Shown: positions 27,689 to 37,700 of the stretch, piece by piece
How positions within the stretch are numbered: position 1 is the first letter of the stretch
How the letters are laid out: each line of letters opens with the position of its first letter
Source of the DNA: Candidatus Stahliibacteriota bacterium
Lineage (GTDB): Bacteria > Hydrothermota > Tepidihabitantia > SM23-42
Reading direction: 5' to 3'
Length of the DNA: 64,000 nt
Assembly (NCBI GenBank): GCA_030602565.1
Contig: JAUVZL010000004.1
Location: 12,518 to 76,517, forward strand
The notes under the pieces: model-generated
Seen by the model: only the letters and a program-made list of their open reading frames with translations
Database searches by the model: none
What the model was told of the DNA's origin: nothing
Made by a program: the position numbers and the translations under genes

Positions 27689-28158
27689 AAATATTGGCGG
27701 ATATCTGCGAAAGATTCAATGAAGAGCAGGTTAAGTATGTAGTTTGCGGAGCATTTGCCGGCAAATTACATGGTATTGAAGAAATCTCAAAGCAATTTAG
27801 ACCTACAAAAGATTATGATTTTATAATTGATGGCAGCAAAGAGAATGTTAAAAAAATTAAAGCTGCATTAAAGGACCTTTTCACGAAAATTGAGGATTTG
27901 CAGGATGATGAATTTGAAGAGTACACAACTATTCAGGTTGTTGAAGAAAAAAATGATCTCGTATTGGATTTGATTAAAGAGATGTGGGGAATGAATTATT
28001 CTTATGTTATCAAGGATGCTGTTATAATTGAGTTGAAGGACGTGAAGATTCCGGTAATAAGTATTAATAACCTCCTTTGTATGAAAAAAAATTCTTTCAG
28101 ACCACAGGATAGGTTTGATATCTATTGGCTCACAAAAATAAAGGGGAGAAAAAAGTGA
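27670..28158 (+). CDS. Nucleotidyltransferase-superfamily protein (DUF6036/AbiEii-like)
   Basis: YVVCGAFA..LHG..RPTKDYDF, IPVISINNLLCMK..RPQDRFD. Confidence 0.75.
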   Translation: METAKLEILADICERFNEEQVKYVVCGAFAGKLHGIEEISKQFRPTKDYDFIIDGSKENVKKIKAALKDLFTKIEDLQDDEFEEYTTIQVVEEKNDLVLDLIKEMWGMNYSYVIKDAVIIELKDVKIPVISINNLLCMKKNSFRPQDRFDIYWLTKIKGRKK

Positions 28159-28210
28159 GTTTGTTAAGAGCAAGAACCACAGGGATTGCGGCGTGGGATG
28201 AAATATAATA

Positions 28211-28354
28211 CTCCCTCTCCCTTGAGGGAGAGGGTTTACCCTGTGAAATAATACTGATTGAAACGTGATAAATCCATTACTATGTTCGCTACTGAACTTT
28301 CACTCTTATTACCGTCAAAAAACGTTGTATTTCACGGGGTAAAGGGGTGAGGGT
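28211..28354. repeat. REP-like hairpin interrupted by a 101-bp inverted-repeat element (28239-28339)
   Basis: CCCTCTCCCTTGAGGGAGAGGG-TTTA[CCCTGTGAAATA...TATTTCACGGGG]TAAA-GGGGTGAGGG. Confidence 0.7.
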
Positions 28355-28437
28355 TTCCTAAAATGTCTATTAAACAATCTGTCCAAGTTTCTGTTTCTTT
28401 ATATTGACTTTGCTCTGCAGATTTGTAGAATTGTAGT

Positions 28438-28659
28438 ATGGAAATAATAATTGTTCTTTTCTGGTTGGTCGCAATGGGAATCGGACTTCTGGCAACAGTA
28501 TTCTGGATATGGATGATAATCGAAGTCGCGACAAAAGAGCCTGAAAATGGTAATGACAAAATCGTGTGGATTCTTATCGTGGTATTGGCTGGTGTTATAG
28601 GTGCAGCAGTTTACTACTTTGTAAGAAGACCAGAACGAATAAAAAAGTTCGGTAAATAG
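28438..28659 (+). CDS. PLDc N-terminal-domain small membrane protein
   Basis: FWIWMII..KIVWILIVVLAGVIGAAVYYF; TTGACT-N16-TAGAAT ends 6 nt before the ATG. Confidence 0.8.
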   Translation: MEIIIVLFWLVAMGIGLLATVFWIWMIIEVATKEPENGNDKIVWILIVVLAGVIGAAVYYFVRRPERIKKFGK

Positions 28660-28707
28660 AAAGGAAACAATCCCTCTTGCTTAAGGGAGAGGGCAAGGCC
28701 TGTTCTA

Positions 28708-28815
28708 TCACCAAGCCTTTTTGTCTTTCTGTTTTTGCTTCCTTTCTTTCTTTGACATTCTTTTTTTCTTGGTTTTTGGTTTCTTTTTTTCTTTCTTATT
28801 TGGTTGCTTTGCCAT
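28708..28815 (-). CDS. 35-aa lysine-rich small protein, not in the ORF track
   Basis: MAKQPNKKEKKKPKTKKKRMSKKERKQKQKDKKAW; AGGA RBS; starts 13 nt after the glyA stop; TGA-TAG tandem stops. Confidence 0.6.
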   Translation of the reverse strand: MAKQPNKKEKKKPKTKKKRMSKKERKQKQKDKKAW

Positions 28816-28828
28816 TATTTGTCCTTTT

Positions 28829-30274
28829 CTACAAAGGTTTTGCTATCTGCTGTAAATTGTCGACGAACTTCTTGAAGAATTCCTTTTCAGGAAAGATGCT
28901 TGCCAAAATCTTTGCGGCAAAAGGAGCCGCTTCTTCTGTTGGAAGGCAATACTGCATTTCCAAAAATTTCTTTCTAAATATCTTAACTTTCTTTTTCACA
29001 TCAGTATTTTTTATGATAATCTCAGCTACGTATTCAGCAAGCACTTGGAAGTCTTTTTCTTTCATGCCAAACCTGGTCATTTCTTGGACACCCATTCTTA
29101 TACCGCTTGCTTTAAGAAAGCTCTCATCATCGGGTAATGCTTGATAATTCGTTATAATATTATTCTCTTCCAGCCTTTGGGCAAGGTCCATGCCTGTACA
29201 GTGTTTACTTACCCGGATAACGACTTGATGGGTTTCAGTAAAACCATCTGCTTGGTCGCCTTCAACATCGATCCCCTTGTCTTTAAGGGCTTGGGCAAAT
29301 GCCCGAGCATTTTTTCGCACCTGAGTTTGGTACTCTTTTTTAAAGACGTTCATCTCATAAGCTGCCATGAGTAGGGCGAGAAGTGTTCCCAAATGGTGGT
29401 TGCTCGTAGAGCCAGGGAAGGCTCGACTCTTGATATCTATCCAGAGCTTGGCTAATGGACTTCCTTTAGGTATGTTTGATGCAATTACCCCGCGTTGAGG
29501 ACCAAAAAAAGTTTTGTGCGTACTGCCGGTTACAATATCAGCGCCTTCTTTGAAAGGTTCTTGCAAAACCCCGTAGAGACCAAGAACATGAGCCATGTCA
29601 TACATAATGACTGGCTTTGGATCCCAGTCTTTTACAATATCACTGACAAATTCGACTGGTTCTTTATGCAAAAACATGGACTTACCAAAAACAATGAGTT
29701 CTGGTTTATGTTGTTCTAAGAGTTTCCTTAGTTCTTCGGTATCTGTTTTATAAAGACAATCTTTTTTCACCGGGAAATTTACAACTTTTTCTTTCCCGGT
29801 TGCTGGGTCTTCTTCGACATAATTGAAAAGGGAACCCATTGGTTGAGAACTGAGATGACCACCTTTTGTCAATTCATTATTCATCACCAATCTCAACTTG
29901 CGGAAGGGTTCACCTTGTTTTCTACCTCGGTTAATAAATTTCACATTAGCTTTAAACACCACTTCATTTGCCATTTGTCCGCTTATGGCTCTGAGTTCAA
30001 CTCTGGGACAGTCAAAGTACTGCGCCATTTCCTGTCTCAAATCCTCTTCAACATCTCGAATTAAGTTGATACCCTGATAAAAATATATTTCTTTTCCTTT
30101 CATGGTTCGGTGCTCAGCATACCTACCAGATGGGTCGGAAATCTCACACAACTTCACTAAAGAACTCGGCGTCGTCTCAGAAGGGATGAGGTTAACACAT
30201 TCCTTCTGGCGCCACCGGTTATTTTCTTCAATTTTTTCCGTTAAATTTTCTATTTTTTCAAATAATATTGACAC
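28829..30274 (-). CDS. glyA: Serine hydroxymethyltransferase, divergent type
   Basis: NLIPSE, GGHLS, YDMAHVLG, GSTHKTFFGPQRG (PLP Lys), FPG..SNHH, SGIRMG. Confidence 0.88.
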   Translation of the reverse strand: MSILFEKIENLTEKIEENNRWRQKECVNLIPSETTPSSLVKLCEISDPSGRYAEHRTMKGKEIYFYQGINLIRDVEEDLRQEMAQYFDCPRVELRAISGQMANEVVFKANVKFINRGRKQGEPFRKLRLVMNNELTKGGHLSSQPMGSLFNYVEEDPATGKEKVVNFPVKKDCLYKTDTEELRKLLEQHKPELIVFGKSMFLHKEPVEFVSDIVKDWDPKPVIMYDMAHVLGLYGVLQEPFKEGADIVTGSTHKTFFGPQRGVIASNIPKGSPLAKLWIDIKSRAFPGSTSNHHLGTLLALLMAAYEMNVFKKEYQTQVRKNARAFAQALKDKGIDVEGDQADGFTETHQVVIRVSKHCTGMDLAQRLEENNIITNYQALPDDESFLKASGIRMGVQEMTRFGMKEKDFQVLAEYVAEIIIKNTDVKKKVKIFRKKFLEMQYCLPTEEAAPFAAKILASIFPEKEFFKKFVDNLQQIAKPL

Positions 30275-30346
30275 ATAAATCTCCTTGCGTACTTATAGTA
30301 TTCCTTAAATTCTTGATGTCAAGGGTCGGAACAAGTTGGGTTTTTT

Positions 30347-30407
30347 GCCCAATGAATTGGGCGACTACAAGAAAATCAGAATTTGGTAGTGGTCGAGCTT
30401 GCTCGAC
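30347..30407. repeat. Divergent pair of GTAG-type REP hairpins
   Basis: Minus strand GTAGTC-GCCCAAT-TC-ATTGGGC (30347-30368) and plus strand GTAGTG-GTCGAGC-TT-GCTCGAC (30386-30407). Confidence 0.7.
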
Positions 30408-30478
30408 AGACTTTTGCAGCAAGAGAGACTATTGACTTTTCCTGTTGCCTATGTAGAATTAGGCGGAGTTAATGAGAT

Positions 30479-31726
30479 ATGAAGCTTGCAGTAGTTGGGT
30501 TACAATGGGGTGATGAAGGTAAAGGTAAGGTCGTTGACTATTTGGCGAAAGACTTTGACATTGACGCCCGATTTCAGGGTGGTACTAATGCGGGTCATAC
30601 GGTCCGCCACGAAGATCGAGAAGTCATTTTCCATCAAGTACCCTGCGGAGTCTTGAATAAAGGTGTTATCGGTGTTGTTGGTGCAGGGTGTGTGTTTGAC
30701 CCGGCAATTTTCTTCAGTGAACTGTCCAATTTAAAAAAAATCAATCCCAAGATCGAAGAATGCATAAAAATCTCAAAATATTGTCATCTGATCATGCCTT
30801 ATCACATTCTTATCGACAAGATACGAGAAGAATCAAAGCAAGGTATTGGCACTACAAAAAAAGGTATTGGGCCGGCTTATGAAGATAAATATGCTCGGGT
30901 CGGTTTAAGGGTTGGTGATCTTTTCAATCAAGAGTTCTTCAAAGAAAGACTGCGTGCGAATATTTCGAGAAAGAATCTTATGCTCATGGAAATCTATCAT
31001 GCTGAACCTCTGTCAGACAGTGAGATATTTGACAAATATATGGACTATGCGAAAAAGCTCAAGCCAATAGTTATTAATGACGCCGCATATCTTAATGACG
31101 CGCTTACCAAAGGTAAGAACATCATCTTTGAAGGAGCCCAGGGTACTCTGTTGGATATTGATTTTGGCACTTACCCTTATGTTACTTCATCACATACTGT
31201 AAGTGGCAGTGTTGGCGTTGGTCTTGGTTTACCACCGTTTTATGTTGAGCAAGTGCTTGGCGTTGCCAAAGCTTATACAACGAGGGTTGGTTTTGGACCT
31301 TTTCCGACCGAGAGCACCGAAGAATTTGGTAAAAGCCTTCGTGAAATAGGGAAAGAGTATGGTGCGACAACAGGCAGACCGCGTCGATGTGGACCTTTTG
31401 ATGCTGCTATTGTAAAATATGCAGCTCAGTTGAACGGTGTGAAAGAGATCGTTCTGACGAAATTCGATGTTTTGTCTTCATTTGATAAATTGAAAATAGC
31501 AGTGGGTTATACTAATGCACCGGCATTTGATCCTTTTATCGCGGATAGGTTAGAACCTTCCTATGAAGAAATTCCAGGTTTTAAGAAAGATATTTCCAAG
31601 ATAAGGGATTATGATGCCTTGCCTGATGAAGCCAAAGAGTACTTGAAATTGATTGAGCACTACACTGGTCTAAAAATAAAGTATATCTCAGTTGGACCAG
31701 AAAGAAATGCCGTCATAAGGCTGTAG
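30479..31726 (+). CDS. purA: Adenylosuccinate synthetase
   Basis: QWGDEGKGK, QGGTNAGHT, GIGPAYEDK, EGAQG, GTYPYVTSS, TTGRPRRCG. Confidence 0.98.
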   Translation: MKLAVVGLQWGDEGKGKVVDYLAKDFDIDARFQGGTNAGHTVRHEDREVIFHQVPCGVLNKGVIGVVGAGCVFDPAIFFSELSNLKKINPKIEECIKISKYCHLIMPYHILIDKIREESKQGIGTTKKGIGPAYEDKYARVGLRVGDLFNQEFFKERLRANISRKNLMLMEIYHAEPLSDSEIFDKYMDYAKKLKPIVINDAAYLNDALTKGKNIIFEGAQGTLLDIDFGTYPYVTSSHTVSGSVGVGLGLPPFYVEQVLGVAKAYTTRVGFGPFPTESTEEFGKSLREIGKEYGATTGRPRRCGPFDAAIVKYAAQLNGVKEIVLTKFDVLSSFDKLKIAVGYTNAPAFDPFIADRLEPSYEEIPGFKKDISKIRDYDALPDEAKEYLKLIEHYTGLKIKYISVGPERNAVIRL

Positions 31727-31871
31727 GTCAAGTTTTAAAAAACAACCGATTAAAATCAACACAAGGAAATATTTGGATCAGTGAACGCGGCAAGCGTTGA
31801 CTTTAAGCAAATCTTTAACCTTCATGAAATTTCCCCTTGATTTCTTTTTAATTATGTATATATTTATTTTA

Positions 31872-33050
31872 ATGGATGTTACAGAAGGAAGGGTCTGGGC
31901 AGAGATATTACTTGACCACTTGGTTAACAATTACAAAATCATAAAAAGGAAGGTAAAAAGCTCCGGAATCATGGCAGCGATCAAAGCAGATGCCTATGGT
32001 CACGGCGCGGTTGAAATTGCGCGGACACTTGAAGCTGAAGGTGTTTTTATGTTTGGCGTAGCCAGCGTTGAGGAGGGTATTGAATTAAGACAAGGCGGTA
32101 TCACGTCACGCATTCTCGTGCTCAGTCCGGTTCTGTATTCGCAGGTTGATGTCGTTTTTGAGTATAACCTAATACCGACGATATCAGAGATGAAATTCTT
32201 TAACCTGCTTGACGAAAAAGCACGGGTTCTGAAAAAACCTATTCTCGTTCACATTGAGGTGGATACCGGGATGACAAGGACGGGTTTTCCGTATAATACT
32301 GCTTCAGCAGCAATCAGAAAGATTAGAAGGTCGCCGCACATCAAGATAGAAGGATTGTTTTCACACTTCCCCCTGGCTGATAGAGATGGCGCATTTACTA
32401 AAACGCAGATAAGACAGCTTGATACCCTTGTCCGAGACTTGGCTCGGCATAAGATAAAGCCACGATTTATACATCTTGCTAATTCGTCAGGTATTTTCAA
32501 ACACATTGACTCACACCATAATCTTGTGAGACCAGGCATTGCACTTTACGGTCTTGCAGCATCTCCAGATATTAGATACGGCAAGGGTTTTATGCCGGTG
32601 ATGGCACTGAAATCTAAGGTTGTGAGCGTCCGGACCGTGAAGGCACATACACCAGTGAGCTATGGTCATACCTTTGTTACCAAAAAGAGGAGTAAAATCG
32701 CTACTATTAGTATTGGCTATGGTGATGGCTACCCACGGGTTCTTTCCAATATCGCCGATGTTCTGATAAAAGGGAAAAGGGCACGTATTGTCGGAACCGT
32801 ATGTATGGATTTGATAATGGTTGATGTTACTTACATAGCAGGTGTTAAGGTTGGTGATGTCGTGACCCTGATTGGGAAGGATGGTAAGGAGGAGATTACT
32901 GCTGAGGAATGTGCCAGGAAGTCAAAGACGATTGTATATGAGATAACATCAGGTATCGGACCAAGAGTTGCTCGTGTCTTCAAGTACAATGATCGTTTCA
33001 TAAGCGTGAGAAACCTCTTGGGTCGATGGCGATATGATGGAAAGGTGTAG
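31872..33050 (+). CDS. alr: Alanine racemase
   Basis: IKADAYGHG, DTGMTRTG, HLANS, RPGIALYG, GYGDG, VCMD; start moved to ATG 31872. Confidence 0.96.
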   Translation: MDVTEGRVWAEILLDHLVNNYKIIKRKVKSSGIMAAIKADAYGHGAVEIARTLEAEGVFMFGVASVEEGIELRQGGITSRILVLSPVLYSQVDVVFEYNLIPTISEMKFFNLLDEKARVLKKPILVHIEVDTGMTRTGFPYNTASAAIRKIRRSPHIKIEGLFSHFPLADRDGAFTKTQIRQLDTLVRDLARHKIKPRFIHLANSSGIFKHIDSHHNLVRPGIALYGLAASPDIRYGKGFMPVMALKSKVVSVRTVKAHTPVSYGHTFVTKKRSKIATISIGYGDGYPRVLSNIADVLIKGKRARIVGTVCMDLIMVDVTYIAGVKVGDVVTLIGKDGKEEITAEECARKSKTIVYEITSGIGPRVARVFKYNDRFISVRNLLGRWRYDGKV

Positions 33051-33111
33051 GAGGGTTCTTGAATTTTTATTTGTTCAACACAAGGAAGATATTTCCAAAA
33101 AGGAGGTATAG

Positions 33112-34113
33112 ATGAAGAAATTGTTGATCCTTATGGTGTTTGTCTCTTTGTTTGCACAGGAGTCAACTCACCTAGTCAAAATAGATGATACTCTATGGGA
33201 TATTGCAGATATTTATTATCAGAATCCGTTCCTCTGGCCCTATATTTGGCGCGCTAATTTGACGGAGATTGACGATCCTCACTGGATTTATCCTGATCAG
33301 ATGTTTGTCATTCCACCTCATCCAGAAGGCGAGGTAACCGAGTATGAGTATGTTCCGGAAGCGGAACGTACAATAGTGTCGATACCACCAGAGAAAAAGG
33401 TAGCTGAGGTTATTTCAGTTATCGAGCCGGATCGAAGAATATTCAGTGAAGAAATCATCCATCGCGCGGGATTTATACTTGAGGAAGATATTCCACTGTG
33501 GGGTAAGATAGTCGGTACTGAGCCAAGTGGTGAGAAATTGATTACCAGTTACAAGAAGGTCTACATTGATCGTGCTGAAGACATTAGCGTCGGTGATATT
33601 CTTACAATCTACCGCCCTGGGAAAACAATTAATCATCCTAAGACAGGCGAGTTTCTTGGTAAGGAAATTATCGTCTTGGGCAAAGCCGAAATCATAGATA
33701 TCGGCAATGAAGGTTCAAGGGCTAAAGTCATCGCTTCGTATGCTGTTATAAAGAAGGGTGATTACGTGCTTCCTTATGAACCAATTCTTGCCCCGGAAAA
33801 TGTGGAGTTGGTTGCCACCGAAGATGAGATTGAAGGATACATAGTGGAAGTAAAAGATGAAGGTCTCCTCACCGAGCCGCACGTCTTTGCCTATATTGAT
33901 CATGGAGAAAATACGGGCATCGCGGTCGGTGATTTATTTAATGTCTACCAGGAACGCAAGGTTGATGGTAAGGAGATGCCGGATTTCGATATCGCAAAGA
34001 TTCAAGTTATCAGTGTTTTCCAGAAGGCTTCAATCGGTTTGCTCCTTAATGTGAGAGAGACCGGCGTGGTGAAAAGGGGTGAGAAAATTAGATTAGCTAT
34101 GGAGGCAAGGTGA
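33112..34113 (+). CDS. Secreted LysM peptidoglycan-binding protein with C-terminal beta domains
   Basis: Signal peptide; DTLWDIA..Y.NPFLWPYIWRAN..I.DPHWIYP; HPKTGEFLG. Confidence 0.85.
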   Translation: MKKLLILMVFVSLFAQESTHLVKIDDTLWDIADIYYQNPFLWPYIWRANLTEIDDPHWIYPDQMFVIPPHPEGEVTEYEYVPEAERTIVSIPPEKKVAEVISVIEPDRRIFSEEIIHRAGFILEEDIPLWGKIVGTEPSGEKLITSYKKVYIDRAEDISVGDILTIYRPGKTINHPKTGEFLGKEIIVLGKAEIIDIGNEGSRAKVIASYAVIKKGDYVLPYEPILAPENVELVATEDEIEGYIVEVKDEGLLTEPHVFAYIDHGENTGIAVGDLFNVYQERKVDGKEMPDFDIAKIQVISVFQKASIGLLLNVRETGVVKRGEKIRLAMEAR

Positions 34114-34574
34114 AGGATAAAGGCACATTAAGTCAAGTATACCTTTTTCGTGAGCTGACGCCTAGTGAAATGGATGTTCTGATTTCTATTTCCAAAGAAC
34201 TACGAGTAAAGAAGGGCGAGTTTATCTTCAAAGAAGGTGCCATGGGTGATGCTTTCTACCTTATTGTCTCGGGTAGTGTGCGGATTTCAACGATCGTCCC
34301 TGGTGTGGGTGAGGAAGCTCTTACAATATTACGAGAAGGTGAGTACTTTGGCGAGATGGCTTTGATTGATGATGCGCCGCGTTCCGCGTCGGCTATTGCG
34401 AACGATGATACGATACTATTATTGATTGAAAAAGACAATTTTCAGAAACTGCTTGCTCAAGAAACCGGTATTGCCTATAAACTCTTGTGGGTATTTACGA
34501 GAACGCTATCGGCACGCCTGCGCAAAACAGATGAGCAGCTAAAGAGCATTCTCTCAATAGCCAAGACATTCTAA
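34110..34574 (+). CDS. Stand-alone cyclic-nucleotide-binding domain protein (no HTH)
   Basis: FKEG..GDAFYLIVSGSV, GEYFGEMALIDDAPRSASA; GTGA overlap with the LysM gene. Confidence 0.9.
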   Translation: MKDKGTLSQVYLFRELTPSEMDVLISISKELRVKKGEFIFKEGAMGDAFYLIVSGSVRISTIVPGVGEEALTILREGEYFGEMALIDDAPRSASAIANDDTILLLIEKDNFQKLLAQETGIAYKLLWVFTRTLSARLRKTDEQLKSILSIAKTF

Positions 34575-34707
34575 AAGATGGATCATGGGTTTGGAAGCTG
34601 GAAACTGGTAAGACAATATTAGACTTTGATTTGTCCGTAAGTATCACAGTTATTTGATTATTGTCAAGGCGCTGGTTTTATGAAGGAGTTGACAGCTACG
34701 GTAAAAC

Positions 34708-37700
34708 ATGTTTGATATTTTTGGCTCAAAAGATCCACAGAAAGCCTTATTAAAGGCACAGGAATACGTCAAAGATGGTCGTATTGATTCGGCTATTAAG
34801 ATGCTTGAGCACAATCTAACTGAGGACAAAGAATCATTCGACCTTTACTTACTACTTGCCCGTCTTTATTTTGAGTCTGGAGAAAGAGGGAGAGCGGTCG
34901 AGACGCTGCGTGCGGTAAAATCAATCGCTCCACCGCGGATTGAGGAAATCGTTGTGCTTATGTCTGAATTGTATTACCAGCATGCCTCTATTGATTCTGG
35001 TGATTTCCTGCTCCAGTTGCATATTGAGCAACATCGATACGATGAAATCAGCAAAACGCTAAGGCAACTTAGCGATCGGGAACTGAAGCTTCTAATAACC
35101 CGCTACGATAAACTCAAGCAAAGTATCGAAAGCAAGAATGTCATTTCAAAAAGAGATTTTGAACATATGCTTGTGCTTTCCTCAATACGTTTCTTCACAC
35201 ACGAAAGTGAACGAGCCATTGAAGCCATGGAGTCTATGATTGATGTCGAGGTTTATGCCCCCATAGTACTGGAGTGGATTCGGATAATATCCCGAGAAAA
35301 TTACAATGACTGGCGTGCTGCTTTGTTGCTTTTAAGAACACAAATGGCGGCCCAGGATTTTGACAGCGCTTTGAATACGGCCCAGCGAACAGCGGATAAG
35401 TTCGCAGATAGCGTTGATTCGCTAATTGCCATAATCAGTGCGGCCAAGCCGCCCAAGGAAATAGAGGGAACTTTCGCTCAATTCTTGACTGATTTGTACA
35501 TTAAGAAAGGCGACCTTGACGCGTCAATCGAGCTTCTTCAAGATCTGTTGAAGAAGGATACCAAAAAAGTCGATGATGTCATAAAAGGATTGCGCGAACT
35601 TGAAAGGATTAACCCTAAGAACCCGAGAATTATGTACGCACTCGGCGATACATATGTCAAAGCAAATAGAATTTCTTTAGCAGTAGCTGAATACGGTAAG
35701 ATATTAGAGGCTGACACAACCCAGCATGAACAGATCGTCAAAAAATATCAGGACGCATTTCAAAAAGCACCAAACAACCCGGAGTTGATTGATGGTTTGG
35801 TAAAAGCATATCTATCCAAGGATGACATAGGTGCTGCAGTAGATGTTGTTGAGACCGCCTATAACTCAGACCCTGGACTCCTCGACGAATATATTATTAA
35901 TCTGAATACAATATTGGATCAGAACATGGACAATGTTAAGGCACTTAATCTGTTAGGCGTATGTTATGCACACAAGGGCGACCACGAAAGTGCGCAGTTG
36001 ATATTTGAGAATCTTATAGACAGCCAACAGTACCAGTATGTTTTTGAATCAACCGAGGCGATTGTCAAAGAGAGACCTGATGACCTGGGTTATACGGATT
36101 TGTGTGCCAAGAGTATGTTAATGCTGGGTCAGGAGCAAAAGGCGCTGTCTTTGCTTGAGTACTTTCTCGATCAACACCCAGAACAAACTGCTTTGCTGAT
36201 ACCTACTTTAGATGCGATAATCAGCAAGAAACCAGACTTGGGTCCACAGATCATACCCATTTTCAAACAGTACAAGAAAGAGGATCTTTTTCTTGGTGAG
36301 CTTGCCCTGGCCCGGGCTTCGGCATTTACTGGTGACTATAATGCGGCGGTTGTGCTTTTCGAGAAACTATTTGAGGATGAGCAGCATAAAAACAACACAA
36401 AACGAGCACTGATCGAAGTTCTCCAACAAAGACCTAAGGTAGTACAATTGCTCTTAGCCGCCGCAAGGATATTCATGAAAGAAGGCGAAGTGGAAATCGC
36501 CACAAAATTCTTCAAGACTGCACAGACGGTTGATCCAAAAGCGTTTTTTGAAATTGTTGATGAATTCTATGATGCCTTGAAGAGTTTCCCTAAAGATCGT
36601 GAGGTTCGGATTCTATTAATTGATACCTTTTACAACCGGAAACTCTGGGATCGAGTTATTGATGAATCCAAGCATGCAATTGAAGTCTTTGGTCGCGATG
36701 CTCAATACTTTAACCTCAAATTAGGTCAGGCACTTGTTGAGAAGGGTAATCTAAGCGATGCAGTCAGACCACTTATGCTTTCACTTGAAGGTTCCCAAGA
36801 TTGTTCTGGGGAAGTGATCAAATACCTGGATAAAATTTTGTATATAGACAGGAGTAATGTACCTGCCCATTTTGCACGAGGTAGGGCTTTGAGCAAAGCC
36901 CGGCGAATTGATGAAGCGGTTGAGGAGTACCTTTTGACGGTCAGAATACTCCCTGCCCGCGCTGAGTATGTATATGAGGAACTGCAAACACTTTCATCGA
37001 AATCCATAGCAAACCCTTTAATTGTTTTTGCCGTGGGCAGTGTCGAACTCGTTCTCAAGAAACATGATGAAGCGATTAAACATTTGTTGCAAGCTTGTGA
37101 ACTAGATAATGAGTTGGTCAAACGCGTTATACCATTGTATGAGAAACTGATGAAAGCAGCTTCCTCACCCTTGCTTGATTTCTCTTTGGCTAAGGTTTAC
37201 CATCTTGCTGATCTAAAGAGTTCTGCGGTCAAATATTATATTAAAGCACAAGCTGCTGAGAAATCTTATCTGGAACCGGCAATTTCTGAAATGAAGAAGA
37301 TATGTGCCGAAAACCCGGATGATATTGAATCGCGCAAAGGTTTAGCAGAGATTTATTTCAATTTCAATAATCTCGAAGACTCCCTGGATTTGGTCAGTGA
37401 AGTCTATGAAGCAGATAAGAACGAAAGCACTTGGGCAAAGAAATTCGTATCAAACATTCTCCACAAAAACCCACAGCATATCCCCTCGTATTATTTCCTC
37501 GCGCATGTATTTCTGACTGAAAAAGCTCATAAAAAGGTTGTTGAAATCTACGGTAAACTGATTGAAATAGCGCCGGTTGAGATAACAAACATTATTGACA
37601 AACTCGTGATGTACGAGGAAAAAAGCGGCGAGCTCATGTTATACCTCGGTAACCTTTACAAAGACACTGGCGATATCAATAAAGCTCTTGAGCTTTTTGA

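Noticed and set aside
28677-29144. 155-aa plus-strand Phe/Leu-rich ORF
   Set aside because: Antisense shadow of the glyA 3' end and the lysine-rich ORF; the hydrophobicity comes from the T-runs.
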